Origin: an uncultured delta proteobacterium
Lineage (GTDB): Bacteria; Myxococcota_A; UBA9160; SZUA-336
Assembly (NCBI GenBank): GCA_963704165.1
Contig: CAVPHD010000004.1
Coordinates: 384,001-448,000 of the forward strand
DNA: 64,000 nucleotides
Direction: 5' to 3'
Numbering within the stretch: position 1 is the stretch's first letter; each line of letters begins with the position of its first letter. Both the position numbers and the translations under genes were made by a program. Below, piece by piece: positions 11,195 to 20,406 of this stretch. The notes under the pieces were generated by a model, which was given only the letters and a program-made list of their open reading frames with translations, made no database searches and had not been told where the DNA came from.

Positions 11195-12061
11195 ATGACG
11201 ACCCTCACGACCACGCCAGCCTCCTCGTCCAGACATCGGCTCGACGCCGCGCCGCCGCGCGTGGTGCTGCTGCCCGTCGTGACGACGCTGTGCGCGATTG
11301 GCGTAGTCCTCGGGTTCCTCGCCCGCGACGAGATGTACGTCACTCCCGATGCCGGACTCGGGTACGGACTCGGAGTCGCGGGACTGTGCGCGCTCTGCTC
11401 GCTCCTGCTCTACTCGCTGAGGAAGCGCGCGCGCTCTCTTCGGTCGTGGGGGGCTCTCCGGCACTGGTTCCACGTCCACATGATGCTCGGAGTGGTCGGT
11501 CCCACGCTGGTCCTCTTCCACGCCAACTTCGAAGTGCACTCGACGAACGCGGCGGTCGCTCTCGGAGCGATGGTGATCGTCGCCGCCAGTGGCTTCGTCG
11601 GGCGATTCGCCTACTCGCGCGTTCATCTGGGATTGTTCGGCCAGCGCGAGACCCTCCGCGACGTCAGCGCGCGAGCGGATGCGAGCCGCAGCGCGCTTCA
11701 CACCGCGCTGCGCGCCGTTCCGGAAGTCGAACTTTGCGTTCGCGAGTTCGAGCAGCGGGCGCTCGCTCGGTCCGGTGGGGTTCTGGCCGAGCTCTGGCGC
11801 GCGGTCGAGCTCGGCCGACAAACGCGTTCGATCCGACGGCGCGCGCGAGCGATGCTTCGCCAGGCTTCGCCGGCTGCTCTGCCGGCGGGTGCGAGTGCGG
11901 TCTCTCGCGGTCTCGACACCCACCTCGCACTGGTGCGGCGCGTGGCGGAGTTCGGTTTCTACGAGGGCGTTCTGTCCCTCTGGCACGCGCTGCACGTTCC
12001 GCTCGGCGTCGTGCTCTACATCGCGGCGGCGATTCATGTGATCGCCGTGCATCTCTACTGA
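11195..12061 (+). CDS. His-rich inner-membrane protein (ferric-reductase / cytochrome b-like), partner of the multiheme cytochrome
   Basis: About 5 hydrophobic segments with WFHVHMMLG, LFHANF, WHALHVP and IHVIAVH. Stop directly abuts the cytochrome start. Confidence 0.75.
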   Translation: MTTLTTTPASSSRHRLDAAPPRVVLLPVVTTLCAIGVVLGFLARDEMYVTPDAGLGYGLGVAGLCALCSLLLYSLRKRARSLRSWGALRHWFHVHMMLGVVGPTLVLFHANFEVHSTNAAVALGAMVIVAASGFVGRFAYSRVHLGLFGQRETLRDVSARADASRSALHTALRAVPEVELCVREFEQRALARSGGVLAELWRAVELGRQTRSIRRRARAMLRQASPAALPAGASAVSRGLDTHLALVRRVAEFGFYEGVLSLWHALHVPLGVVLYIAAAIHVIAVHLY

Positions 12062-13630
12062 GTGCGCGCGAACGCACTCGCGAGTCGGCTGGCACTCGTC
12101 GTCGGTCTCTTGGCTTCGAGCGCCGGCGCGCAGACGTTCGAGCGACTCGTGATGCCCGGAGTGCTCTCGAAGGCTCACGCGGACCTCGAGTCCGACTGTT
12201 CGAAGTGCCACACGCCCTTCAAGCGCGCGGAGCAGTCGGAGCTCTGCCTCGGCTGCCACGACCACCAAGCGGTCGCAGCCGACATTCGCGACAAGCGGGG
12301 ATTCCACGGGACGGCTCCCCCCGTCGAAGGCGCCGAGTGCAGATCGTGTCATCCGGAGCACAAGGGGCGCGACGCCGACATCATCGGTCTCGAGCGGAGC
12401 TCCTTCCCCCACGACTTCACCGACTACCCGTTGCGCGGTGCGCACGTGCGGGTCTCCTGCGAAGGATGTCACGACCCGGACAAGGCCTTCCGCGACGCAC
12501 GCGCGAGCTGTGCCGACTGCCACGCCGCGGCGGACGTGCACCGCGGGGAGCTCGGAAAGGACTGCGAAAGCTGTCACACGGAAGAGCGCTGGCGAGAGGC
12601 TCGATTCGACCACGGCAAGACGAAATTCCCTCTCGAAGGAAAGCACCGGGACGTCGCGTGCGCGCTTTGCCACGCGGGCGAGCGCTATTCGGGAATACCG
12701 ATGGACTGCGTCGGCTGTCATCGCGTGGATGACGTCCACCGGGGTCGATTCGGCGACGCGTGCGAGAGCTGTCATACGAGCGGCCAGTGGAAGACGCAGA
12801 ACTTCGACCACGCAGGAAAGACCCGGTTCCCACTCACCGGCAAGCATGCGAAGGTGCCTTGCGAGGGCTGTCATCCGGACGGCCTGGTCGATCAGAAGCT
12901 CGAGCTGAACTGCCTCTCGTGTCACCGCGGAGACGACGTCCACGACGGACGAAACGGCGCCGACTGCGAGCGATGCCACGGAACATCTGCCTGGAAGCCC
13001 GCGACGTTCGATCACGATCGGAACACGGAGTTTCCGCTTCACGGAGCCCATCGAGAAGTGAGCTGTGCGGCCTGTCACACGAAGCCGGTGCATCAACAGA
13101 AGCTGGGTTCGACCTGCATCGCCTGTCACGTCGCGGACGACGTGCACAAAGAGCAGCTCGGCGGCGACTGCGGCCGCTGTCACGGCGAGATCAGCTGGAA
13201 GGAGAAGGTCAGGTTCGATCACGACCTGGCGCGTTTTCCATTGCTCGGGCTGCACGCCGTCGTCGCATGCGAGGAGTGCCACTCGACCGGGGTCTATCGC
13301 GATACGGAGCAGAAGTGCGTCGCCTGCCACGCGCGGCAAGACGTGCACGAGGACCGGCTGGGTCCGAAGTGCGAGGTCTGCCACACCCCCAACGGCTGGA
13401 AGGTCTGGAAGTTCGACCACGCCACGCAGACGAAGTTCCCGCTCCGGGGCGGCCACTCTCAAGTGGCGTGTGAGACCTGCCACGTCGAGCCGGTCGCGAC
13501 CAAGCCCTCTCTCTCGACCGGATGCGACTCCTGTCACGGCGCGGAGGATCCCCACCGAGGTGCGTTCGGAAGGAACTGCGAGCGCTGTCACGGCGAGCAG
13601 TCGTGGAGAGACGTGAGGATCGCGCGCTGA
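12062..13630 (+). CDS. Periplasmic multiheme cytochrome c, 21 CxxCH
   Basis: 21 CxxCH counted, signal peptide (AGA/Q), repeating three-heme modules FDH...FPLxGxH..C..CH. Confidence 0.95.
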   Translation: MRANALASRLALVVGLLASSAGAQTFERLVMPGVLSKAHADLESDCSKCHTPFKRAEQSELCLGCHDHQAVAADIRDKRGFHGTAPPVEGAECRSCHPEHKGRDADIIGLERSSFPHDFTDYPLRGAHVRVSCEGCHDPDKAFRDARASCADCHAAADVHRGELGKDCESCHTEERWREARFDHGKTKFPLEGKHRDVACALCHAGERYSGIPMDCVGCHRVDDVHRGRFGDACESCHTSGQWKTQNFDHAGKTRFPLTGKHAKVPCEGCHPDGLVDQKLELNCLSCHRGDDVHDGRNGADCERCHGTSAWKPATFDHDRNTEFPLHGAHREVSCAACHTKPVHQQKLGSTCIACHVADDVHKEQLGGDCGRCHGEISWKEKVRFDHDLARFPLLGLHAVVACEECHSTGVYRDTEQKCVACHARQDVHEDRLGPKCEVCHTPNGWKVWKFDHATQTKFPLRGGHSQVACETCHVEPVATKPSLSTGCDSCHGAEDPHRGAFGRNCERCHGEQSWRDVRIAR

Positions 13631-13642
13631 CCTTCGCCTGAC

Positions 13643-15208
13643 TCAGAACAGGCCGAGCAATCCTCGGCTCTTCCCGGATTCGGTCTCGAGATAGCTTGCG
13701 ATCTCTGGATGGCCGGCCTGACGGGCCTGCGCTGCCGCGGTGAGGCCGATCTCGTTCTTTGCGCCGATGCGTACGTCTCGCCGGACCAGAAGCTCCACGA
13801 CCGCCTGATGTCCCGACGCTGCTGCAAACATCAGGGCCGTGTCGCGACGTTGCCCACGCGCATCGGGATCCGCATTCGCGTCGAGGAGGGCTTTGGCGGT
13901 CGCGAGCTGCCCGTTGCTCGCGGCGAGCATGAGCGCGGTGTTCCCCAGGCGGTTGGGTGCGTCGATCCCGGCACCGCGGTCGAGCAGGGCGCGCACGGTG
14001 ACGACATCGCCCGCGGCCGCAGCACGCGAGAGCACGGGCGTCCCATCCGCGCAGATCGTCGCGGTCGAGGCGCCGTGTTCGACGAGGGCGGCGGAGATCG
14101 CCGGGCGTTGACCGCGCAGCGCCAGACACAGCATCGACTCGCCAGAGTCGTCACGCCTCTCCGCTCGTGCTCCGAGAGCGAGCAGCGCGCGCGCGGCATC
14201 GGAGCTTCCAGAGCGTATCGCGTAGACGAGAGGCGGGATCCCGTCCGCGTCCGGATCGTCGGGACGGGCACCTGCGCGGACGAGAAGCTGGACGATCTCG
14301 GCCGAGCCGTGACTTGCGGCCCAGCCGAGCGGGGTTCGTCGCGCGCCATCGACGGCGTTCGGATTTGCGGAGTTCTCCAGCAATACGCTGACCGTGCTCA
14401 CGTGGCCTTCGCTCGAAGCGAGGGACAGCGCGTTCCGGCCATCTGCCGCGCGAGCGCGGAGGTCCGCGTGCGCGCGCACGAGCGCGGAGACGATCTCGGC
14501 GTGGCCGTTGCGTGCGGCTGCGAGCAGGGGGGTGTCACCTGCATCGTCGCGCACCTCGAGCGAGACCCTTCGCGCGATCAGACCGAGGGCGAGGTCGGTC
14601 TCGCCACGCCTCGAAGCGACGACGAGCGCGTCGGTTCCGTCGTGGGTCTCCGCCAACCAGGCCGCGGAATCCGCCGCACGCACCGACGCGGGAACGGGCT
14701 GCGGCGCCGCCCGCGTCTTTGCCCGCGCGCGTTCCTTGGCGGGTGCCGGGCTCCGAGCAGTTCTCGCCTGCGCGTCCTCGGGCTCCGCCTCGAGTTCGTC
14801 GAGCTTCGCGATCGCCCCCGCGTGTCCCTGATCCGCGGCCGCCCGAAACCAGCGCAACGCGGCCTTCCGATCGCGCTTCGTTCCCCAGCCGTCGCGATAC
14901 AGTCCAGCGACACAGAATTGTGACCGAGCATCGCCGCTCTCTGCCGAGGTGAGCCACCAATGGAACGCCTGCTCGGGGTTCTGCTTCACGCCGCGTCCCG
15001 AGCGATACAGCGAGCCGAGCTGGTATTGCGCGTCGGGATCTCCCTTCTCGGCGAGTACGCTCCAGAGAGTCGCCGCGCGTTCGAAGTCGCGCAGGCGAGC
15101 CGCCAGACGGGCGTCCTCCGCCGGGTCGGCGAGAGAGGTCGAGGCGGTCGAGAGCGCCACGGCCACCACCACGAGAAGCGCCCAGACGCTAGTGAAGTGG
15201 TGTGCCAC
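13643..15208 (-). CDS. Secreted Sel1-repeat + ankyrin-repeat protein
   Basis: GTG at 15208 with GGAG upstream, signal peptide, Sel1 (AQYQLGSLYRSGRGV) and about 9 ankyrin repeats (GDTPLLAAARNGH, GNTALMLAASNGQ). Confidence 0.88.
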   Translation of the reverse strand: MAHHFTSVWALLVVVAVALSTASTSLADPAEDARLAARLRDFERAATLWSVLAEKGDPDAQYQLGSLYRSGRGVKQNPEQAFHWWLTSAESGDARSQFCVAGLYRDGWGTKRDRKAALRWFRAAADQGHAGAIAKLDELEAEPEDAQARTARSPAPAKERARAKTRAAPQPVPASVRAADSAAWLAETHDGTDALVVASRRGETDLALGLIARRVSLEVRDDAGDTPLLAAARNGHAEIVSALVRAHADLRARAADGRNALSLASSEGHVSTVSVLLENSANPNAVDGARRTPLGWAASHGSAEIVQLLVRAGARPDDPDADGIPPLVYAIRSGSSDAARALLALGARAERRDDSGESMLCLALRGQRPAISAALVEHGASTATICADGTPVLSRAAAAGDVVTVRALLDRGAGIDAPNRLGNTALMLAASNGQLATAKALLDANADPDARGQRRDTALMFAAASGHQAVVELLVRRDVRIGAKNEIGLTAAAQARQAGHPEIASYLETESGKSRGLLGLF

Positions 15209-16511
15209 GTTTCGTCTCCGTCTCGATTCCGATCGCTTGCAGGAACGCGGTTGGCAGCACACCCCCCACGCAAACGATCACGGCGTCGCTCGCGACGTCT
15301 TCGATCCCGTCTCCGGTCTCAAGTACCGCGACGCCCGGGCGGATCTCGACGACCGTGGAGCCGAGCCGAACGAACAGCTGACCCGAATCGCGCGCAGCTT
15401 CGACACGGGCGCGGTTTGCCGGCTTCACGCGCGAGAACGCATCTCCCCGGTAAGAAAGCGTGACGCGAGTGCCGGGCTCGCTCGCGAGGCCCAGCGCCGC
15501 CTCGAGCGCGCTGTCTCCGCCGCCGACGACGAGTACGCTCTGACCGCGGTACTGCTCCGGATCGACGAGCCGGTAGACGACGTGCGGCGACTCCTCTCCG
15601 GGAACTCCGAGCTTCGCGGGCGTTCCGCGACGACCGATCGCGAGCACGAGCGTTCGCGCGAGGTGACTCGAACGCGAGGTCCTCACTTCGAAGCCGGTTT
15701 CCACTCGTCCGACGGCCTCGACGCGTTCCTGGTAACGGACGTCGAGGCCGGTCCCTCGAACGACATCGGTGAAGAGCTGGAGCAGCGACTCCTTGCTGAT
15801 CTCGCCCGTCGGGATCCGACCGTACAGAGGCAAGGTGCAGGCGGACGTCATGACGATCTTGCCTCGGGGATAGTGCGCGACCGTTCCACCCAGGCTCTCC
15901 TGCTCGATCGTCGCGAACCGAAGACCCTTCTCCTTCGCGGCGAGCGAGGCCGAGAGACCGGCGGGTCCGGCGCCGACGATCAAGACGTCGAGAACCTCGT
16001 CCGAGGTGCGCCCGTCGAGAGCTCCGACGACCGACTCGATCACCTGTCGGCCCTGCTCGATGGCATTCCGGATCAGGCCCATTCCTCCGAGCTCGCCGGC
16101 CACGAAGATACCCGGCACAGCGGTCTGGAAGTCGGGGCCGAGGCGCGGGATCTCGACTCCGCGACTCTCGGTTCCCAACACGAGCGTGATCGCGTCGAAC
16201 GGGCAGGCGGTCTGGCACGCGCCGTGACCGATGCAGTGCGTGGGGTTCACGAGCACGGCCTTTCCGCGCACGAGACCCAGCACGTTCTCCTCCGGGCAGG
16301 CTTTCACGCACGAGCCGCAGCCGAGACAGCGATTCGGATTGATCGAAGGGTGAAGCGACGCGGGCTCGGTGAGCTTCGATGCGATGGCTTCGCGAAGCGT
16401 CGCAGCGCTTCGGCGCTCCATTCTTCGCCTCGACGCGGAGTATCCGGCGAGCGCGAGCCCGAACGGGACGAGATAGAGCAGAACGAAGACGGAAGACGAC
16501 TCAGAAATCAT
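15189..16511 (-). CDS. Membrane-anchored 2x[4Fe-4S] ferredoxin + FAD/NAD(P)H oxidoreductase (TrxR/FNR-like)
   Basis: N-terminal TM, CLGCGSCVKACP and CIGHGACQTACP, GAGPAG, VGGGDSA. No CxxC at the TrxR position. Confidence 0.9.
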   Translation of the reverse strand: MISESSSVFVLLYLVPFGLALAGYSASRRRMERRSAATLREAIASKLTEPASLHPSINPNRCLGCGSCVKACPEENVLGLVRGKAVLVNPTHCIGHGACQTACPFDAITLVLGTESRGVEIPRLGPDFQTAVPGIFVAGELGGMGLIRNAIEQGRQVIESVVGALDGRTSDEVLDVLIVGAGPAGLSASLAAKEKGLRFATIEQESLGGTVAHYPRGKIVMTSACTLPLYGRIPTGEISKESLLQLFTDVVRGTGLDVRYQERVEAVGRVETGFEVRTSRSSHLARTLVLAIGRRGTPAKLGVPGEESPHVVYRLVDPEQYRGQSVLVVGGGDSALEAALGLASEPGTRVTLSYRGDAFSRVKPANRARVEAARDSGQLFVRLGSTVVEIRPGVAVLETGDGIEDVASDAVIVCVGGVLPTAFLQAIGIETETKRGTPLH

Positions 16512-18675
16512 ATCGGAGCCCACCCGAGAAGGCGTAGATGAACTCATCGCCGCCGGTCGCGTCGAACGAGCGGCTCGTCCATTCCAATCCCGCATCTCCG
16601 AAGAGCGTCAGCTTCCAGATGCGGTACTCGACACCGAGGTACGGCCGGAGGGTGAGCGATCCGTTCCGCGCACGCGAAGCGGCCGCGGCCGCGGTCGGAT
16701 CCTCTGCGGTCTCGTCGGGATCGGGAATGAACTCGTCGCGCCCGCGGCGATTTCGCCAATCGAGGCGGATGCGCGGCAGGACGCGGAGCTTCGGCGTGAT
16801 CGGGTAGCGCTCGTTGATGATCAACGACCAGGTGTTCGAGACGTCGCCGTCGAAGTAGCGCACACCGATCGTGCCGACGTCACCGTTCGTGAAGAGATTC
16901 GAGACGACGAGCTGCGGGTAGTAGGAGAACTCCCAACCCGTGCTCTCCATCGCGTCGACGCCGCCAGATGCGGGAGTGTCGGACAGGTACGAAGCCGAGA
17001 CGTCGAGCGCGATCTGCACCCGATCGCTCAGCTGGTGAGATGCCCCGAGGCTCGTCAGCGCGGAGCGCGGCGTGCGATCCTTCGCGAGCTGCTTGATCTC
17101 GCTCCGTGAGTACAGCTCGTGCAGATCCTCGAGGCGATCGACGCCCTGGCCTTGAATCGCGTTCCAGCTGGTCAGGATCGGGCTGTTCCGATAGTCGACG
17201 AACAGGGTCGCGCTGGTCGTGGGACCGAGCTGCCAGTTCCCGCTCAGGAGGGCGGTGTTGAGATCGCCGAAGTAGAGGTCGTAGTCGACGTAGCTCGCCA
17301 CGAAGAGATCGTCGTCGGCATAGCGAAGCTCTCCGCCGATGCCGTTCCGGTCGAGCATTCCGTCGGCGTGCTGTCGAAGCGAGAAGATCTGCACATCGAC
17401 GAGCCCGCCAAGGTCTTCGGCGTCGAGGCTCAGGCCGTACAGGAATCGGCCCGTTTCGATCGAGTCGGAGTTCTGGATCTCGACCGGGGAGCCGCCGCGA
17501 ACCGTGACGCGCCACTGCTCGGCGAGCCGACGACTGAGGCGAACGCCGTCGAAGCGCGTCGTGACCCCGGCCGTGTTTCCCGGCTGCCGTCCGAACGTCG
17601 CGGAGTACGGTCCCGTGCGCTGCGCGACGTCGAGGAAGAGCGCGCTGACCCGCGTGTCGTTGTGGTCCATTCCTTCGGCGAAGTCGAAGCGGTACGACGC
17701 CGAGGCCAGGCCTCGCCACGCGAACTTGTCTCCGCGAGCGCGAGTCGAGACGCTGAGATCCGAGAACAGCGATGAATCGGTGAGGAGCGCGCCGGTTGCA
17801 TCGCTGTCCAGGGTTTCGTGCCGGTATTGCGTCGATGCGCTGCCGAAGAGCTCGAGCTCACTCGGGCGCGTCGCGGCCATCGTTCCGGTACCCGACCGCC
17901 CCGAGGGCTTCGCGCCTGCGGTCAGAAGCGCGTCCAGCCGCTGGCGGACTCGCGCGGATCCCTCGCCATCCGGATACCACTTCAGGTACTCCTCGTACTC
18001 GGCCTTCGCGTGTGCGAGCTGACCACGGCGCTCGCGCGCGACGCCGAGCAGCTCCTTCGCCTCGCGCGAATTCACGTGCTCGGGAAGAGTGACGATCTTC
18101 GTGAAGACACGGATCGCCTGGTCGAAATCGCCGGCCGTCATGGCGTTTCGCCCGGACGCCATGAGCTCGTGGCTGCGCAGGAGCGGGTCGCTGGATTCGG
18201 GTCGCGAGGCGGCGCCGCGACCCTCTCGAGCCCGCACCGAGACGACGAGGCTCCGGAAGTCTCCACCCTGCCTGACCTCGAAGCTGACGCCGCGAGAGAA
18301 GCGAAGGACCAGGTAGCGCCCGTCGGGTCGCCCGCCCTCGTAGCTGACGTCGAGAAGGGGAACCGGGGAGTCGGGCGGCGCGGAGAGGGTCTCGGTGCCG
18401 GCGAGCAAGGAGACGGTGCGCGGGGCCAGAGAGATCGGGTCGATCTGGATCTGCAGCGTTTCGCCGCTCGCCGCGGGGGCGTGGCGGAGATAGCGAACCG
18501 GCGTCATGAAGCGAACGACCACGTCGATCGTTCCGCCGTGCTCGCGCATCTCGATCGCCTCGAGGACGCGTTGCGGCGTCGGCGCCGCTCGCGCTCGCCC
18601 CGGCGCGAGGAGTGCCAGCAAGAGCCAGGCGAGCATCGGGACGATTGTGCCGGGCCGCCCCGGCGTCGGAATCAC
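16501..18675 (-). CDS. Outer-membrane beta-barrel protein with N-terminal periplasmic and TPR domains (putative porin of a porin-cytochrome complex)
   Basis: Signal peptide, TPR-like helices (AKELLGVARERRGQLAHAKAEYEEYLKWYP), amphipathic strands and terminal GGLRYDF. Overlaps both neighbours. Confidence 0.8.
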   Translation of the reverse strand: MIPTPGRPGTIVPMLAWLLLALLAPGRARAAPTPQRVLEAIEMREHGGTIDVVVRFMTPVRYLRHAPAASGETLQIQIDPISLAPRTVSLLAGTETLSAPPDSPVPLLDVSYEGGRPDGRYLVLRFSRGVSFEVRQGGDFRSLVVSVRAREGRGAASRPESSDPLLRSHELMASGRNAMTAGDFDQAIRVFTKIVTLPEHVNSREAKELLGVARERRGQLAHAKAEYEEYLKWYPDGEGSARVRQRLDALLTAGAKPSGRSGTGTMAATRPSELELFGSASTQYRHETLDSDATGALLTDSSLFSDLSVSTRARGDKFAWRGLASASYRFDFAEGMDHNDTRVSALFLDVAQRTGPYSATFGRQPGNTAGVTTRFDGVRLSRRLAEQWRVTVRGGSPVEIQNSDSIETGRFLYGLSLDAEDLGGLVDVQIFSLRQHADGMLDRNGIGGELRYADDDLFVASYVDYDLYFGDLNTALLSGNWQLGPTTSATLFVDYRNSPILTSWNAIQGQGVDRLEDLHELYSRSEIKQLAKDRTPRSALTSLGASHQLSDRVQIALDVSASYLSDTPASGGVDAMESTGWEFSYYPQLVVSNLFTNGDVGTIGVRYFDGDVSNTWSLIINERYPITPKLRVLPRIRLDWRNRRGRDEFIPDPDETAEDPTAAAAASRARNGSLTLRPYLGVEYRIWKLTLFGDAGLEWTSRSFDATGGDEFIYAFSGGLRYDF

Positions 18676-20303
18676 CAGTCACCTCTGGACGCGCGGTGTT
18701 CCCCACTTCGCGACTCCTGGATCCGGGTCAGGGAACTGTCGGTGTAGGTGTGGCAGCTTCCCGTGCAGTCGCGGAGCTCGCTGACCGTGTAGAGCACTCG
18801 AGGCGTATCGACCTTCTCGTGCTTGTCGGCTCTGAAGTCCGTGGCGTGGCAGCCCGCGCAGTCGGGCCGGTAGCTCGCGTTCCGCCAGGCATTCGCCTGC
18901 GTGTTGCCAATGTGACAATCGCTGCAGTCGCCCACCGAGCGGTGACCGACGGGGTAGTTCGGTGAGCTGTGGCTGAACGTGGAAGGCGTCCAACGCGTGG
19001 TGGAGTGGCAATCCACGCAATCGAGTGACGTCACGAAATGATTCGACGGCTTTCCTGTCGCGCTACTCCCGTTGTGACAGGTCCCGCAGTTCCCGGTGAC
19101 GCTGGCGTGGTCGAAGCGCGCGGGGAGCCAGGCCAGCGTCGAGTGGCAGTCCTCACAGGTGTTCGCGCTGGCGACGTGATTCGCCGACTTGCCCGTCGCG
19201 GTCGTGCCGTTGTGACAGGTGATGCAGTTCCCGGTGACGCTGGCGTGGTCGAAGCGCGCGGGGAGCCAGGCGTTGGTGGTGTGGCAGTCCTCGCAGGCAT
19301 TCGAGCTCTGGATGTGGTTCGAGTTCTTGCCGGTGGCGGTCGTGCCGTTGTGACAGGTGGAGCAGGCGCCGGTGACGCTGGCGTGGTCGAAGCGCGCGGG
19401 GAGCCAGGCGTTGGTGGTGTGGCAGTCCTCGCAGGCATTCGAGCTCTGGATGTGGTTCGAGTTCTTGCCGGTGGCGGTCGTGCCGTTGTGACAGGTGGAG
19501 CAGGCGCCGGTGACGCTGGCGTGGTCGAAGCGCGCGGGGAGCCAGGCGGTGGTGGTGTGGCAGTCCTCGCAGGCGTTCGAGCTCTGGATGTGGCGCGAGT
19601 TCTTGCCGGTGGCGGTCGTGCCGTTGTGACAGGTGGAGCAGGCGCCGGTGACGCTGGCGTGGTCGAAGCGCGCGGGGAGCCAGGCGGTGGTGGTGTGGCA
19701 GTCCTCGCAGGCGTTCGAGCTCTGGATGTGGCGCGAGTTCTTGCCGGTGGCGGTCGTGCCGTTGTGACAGGTGGAGCAGGCGCCGGTGACGCTGGCGTGG
19801 TCGAAGCGCGCGGGGAGCCAGGCGTTGGTGGTGTGGCACACATCGCAGTTGTTCGACGACGCCGGGTGATTCGCCGGCTTGCCCATGACGATGGTCCCGT
19901 TGTGGCAACTGGCGCAGCTGGCGGTCGCGTCGAGGTGATCAAATCGTGCGCCGCGCCAGGTCGCGACGGAGTGACATTCCTCGCAGGGTGCCGAGGTGCT
20001 GATGTGCCTCACCGGCTTGGCGGTCAGCGCTCGGGATCCCGCGCCTCCGTGGCACGCGGCGCACTTCGTCGGTGTTCCCTGGAACGCTCCCGCGATGTGG
20101 CACGCCTCGCAGGCGACGTCGGCGTGGGCTCCATTCAACGGAAAGCCGGTGCGCATGTGGTCGAACTCGAGCGGCGCCTCGGCCCTGGGTGCCGCCGCTG
20201 CCGAAAAGATCAGCGCCACCGAAACTCCGCCGATCGCGAGCCAGGTTCCGACTCGAGCTGCAGGTTCCAGATGGAGCAGGGGCGAACGGCTACCGCGCGG
20301 CAT
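18672..20303 (-). CDS. Multiheme cytochrome c, 19 CxxCH + 1 CxxxCH, with 46-aa tandem repeats
   Basis: Motifs counted in the translation. Hydrophobic N-terminal export signal. ATG 20303 preceded by GAGG. Confidence 0.93.
   Translation of the reverse strand: MPRGSRSPLLHLEPAARVGTWLAIGGVSVALIFSAAAAPRAEAPLEFDHMRTGFPLNGAHADVACEACHIAGAFQGTPTKCAACHGGAGSRALTAKPVRHISTSAPCEECHSVATWRGARFDHLDATASCASCHNGTIVMGKPANHPASSNNCDVCHTTNAWLPARFDHASVTGACSTCHNGTTATGKNSRHIQSSNACEDCHTTTAWLPARFDHASVTGACSTCHNGTTATGKNSRHIQSSNACEDCHTTTAWLPARFDHASVTGACSTCHNGTTATGKNSNHIQSSNACEDCHTTNAWLPARFDHASVTGACSTCHNGTTATGKNSNHIQSSNACEDCHTTNAWLPARFDHASVTGNCITCHNGTTATGKSANHVASANTCEDCHSTLAWLPARFDHASVTGNCGTCHNGSSATGKPSNHFVTSLDCVDCHSTTRWTPSTFSHSSPNYPVGHRSVGDCSDCHIGNTQANAWRNASYRPDCAGCHATDFRADKHEKVDTPRVLYTVSELRDCTGSCHTYTDSSLTRIQESRSGEHRASRGDW
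19070..19838. repeat. 138-bp coding tandem repeat (about 5.5 copies, two hemes per unit)
   Basis: gaagcgcgcggggagccaggc recurs at 19113, 19251, 19389, 19527, 19665 and 19803 (exact 138-bp period). Confidence 0.95.
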
Positions 20304-20406
20304 CGCCTCAAGATCGACATCTGCGTACGCGCTGACTGTGAGCTGGATTACATCGCTGCGGCTCCGGCTCGCTCGCGGATGGTCGCGCGACGGGTACTCT
20401 AGGGCC

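Noticed and set aside
9253..13591. Very long ORFs 9253-12732(+) and 9659-13591(-), and similar Arg/Ala-rich ORFs across the window
   Set aside because: Shadow frames of real genes in high-GC DNA, with no motifs apart from short frameshifted pieces of the true genes.
19070..19838. Regular repeat array as a possible CRISPR
   Set aside because: Units are contiguous 138-bp in-frame coding repeats with no unique spacers, and there are no cas genes.
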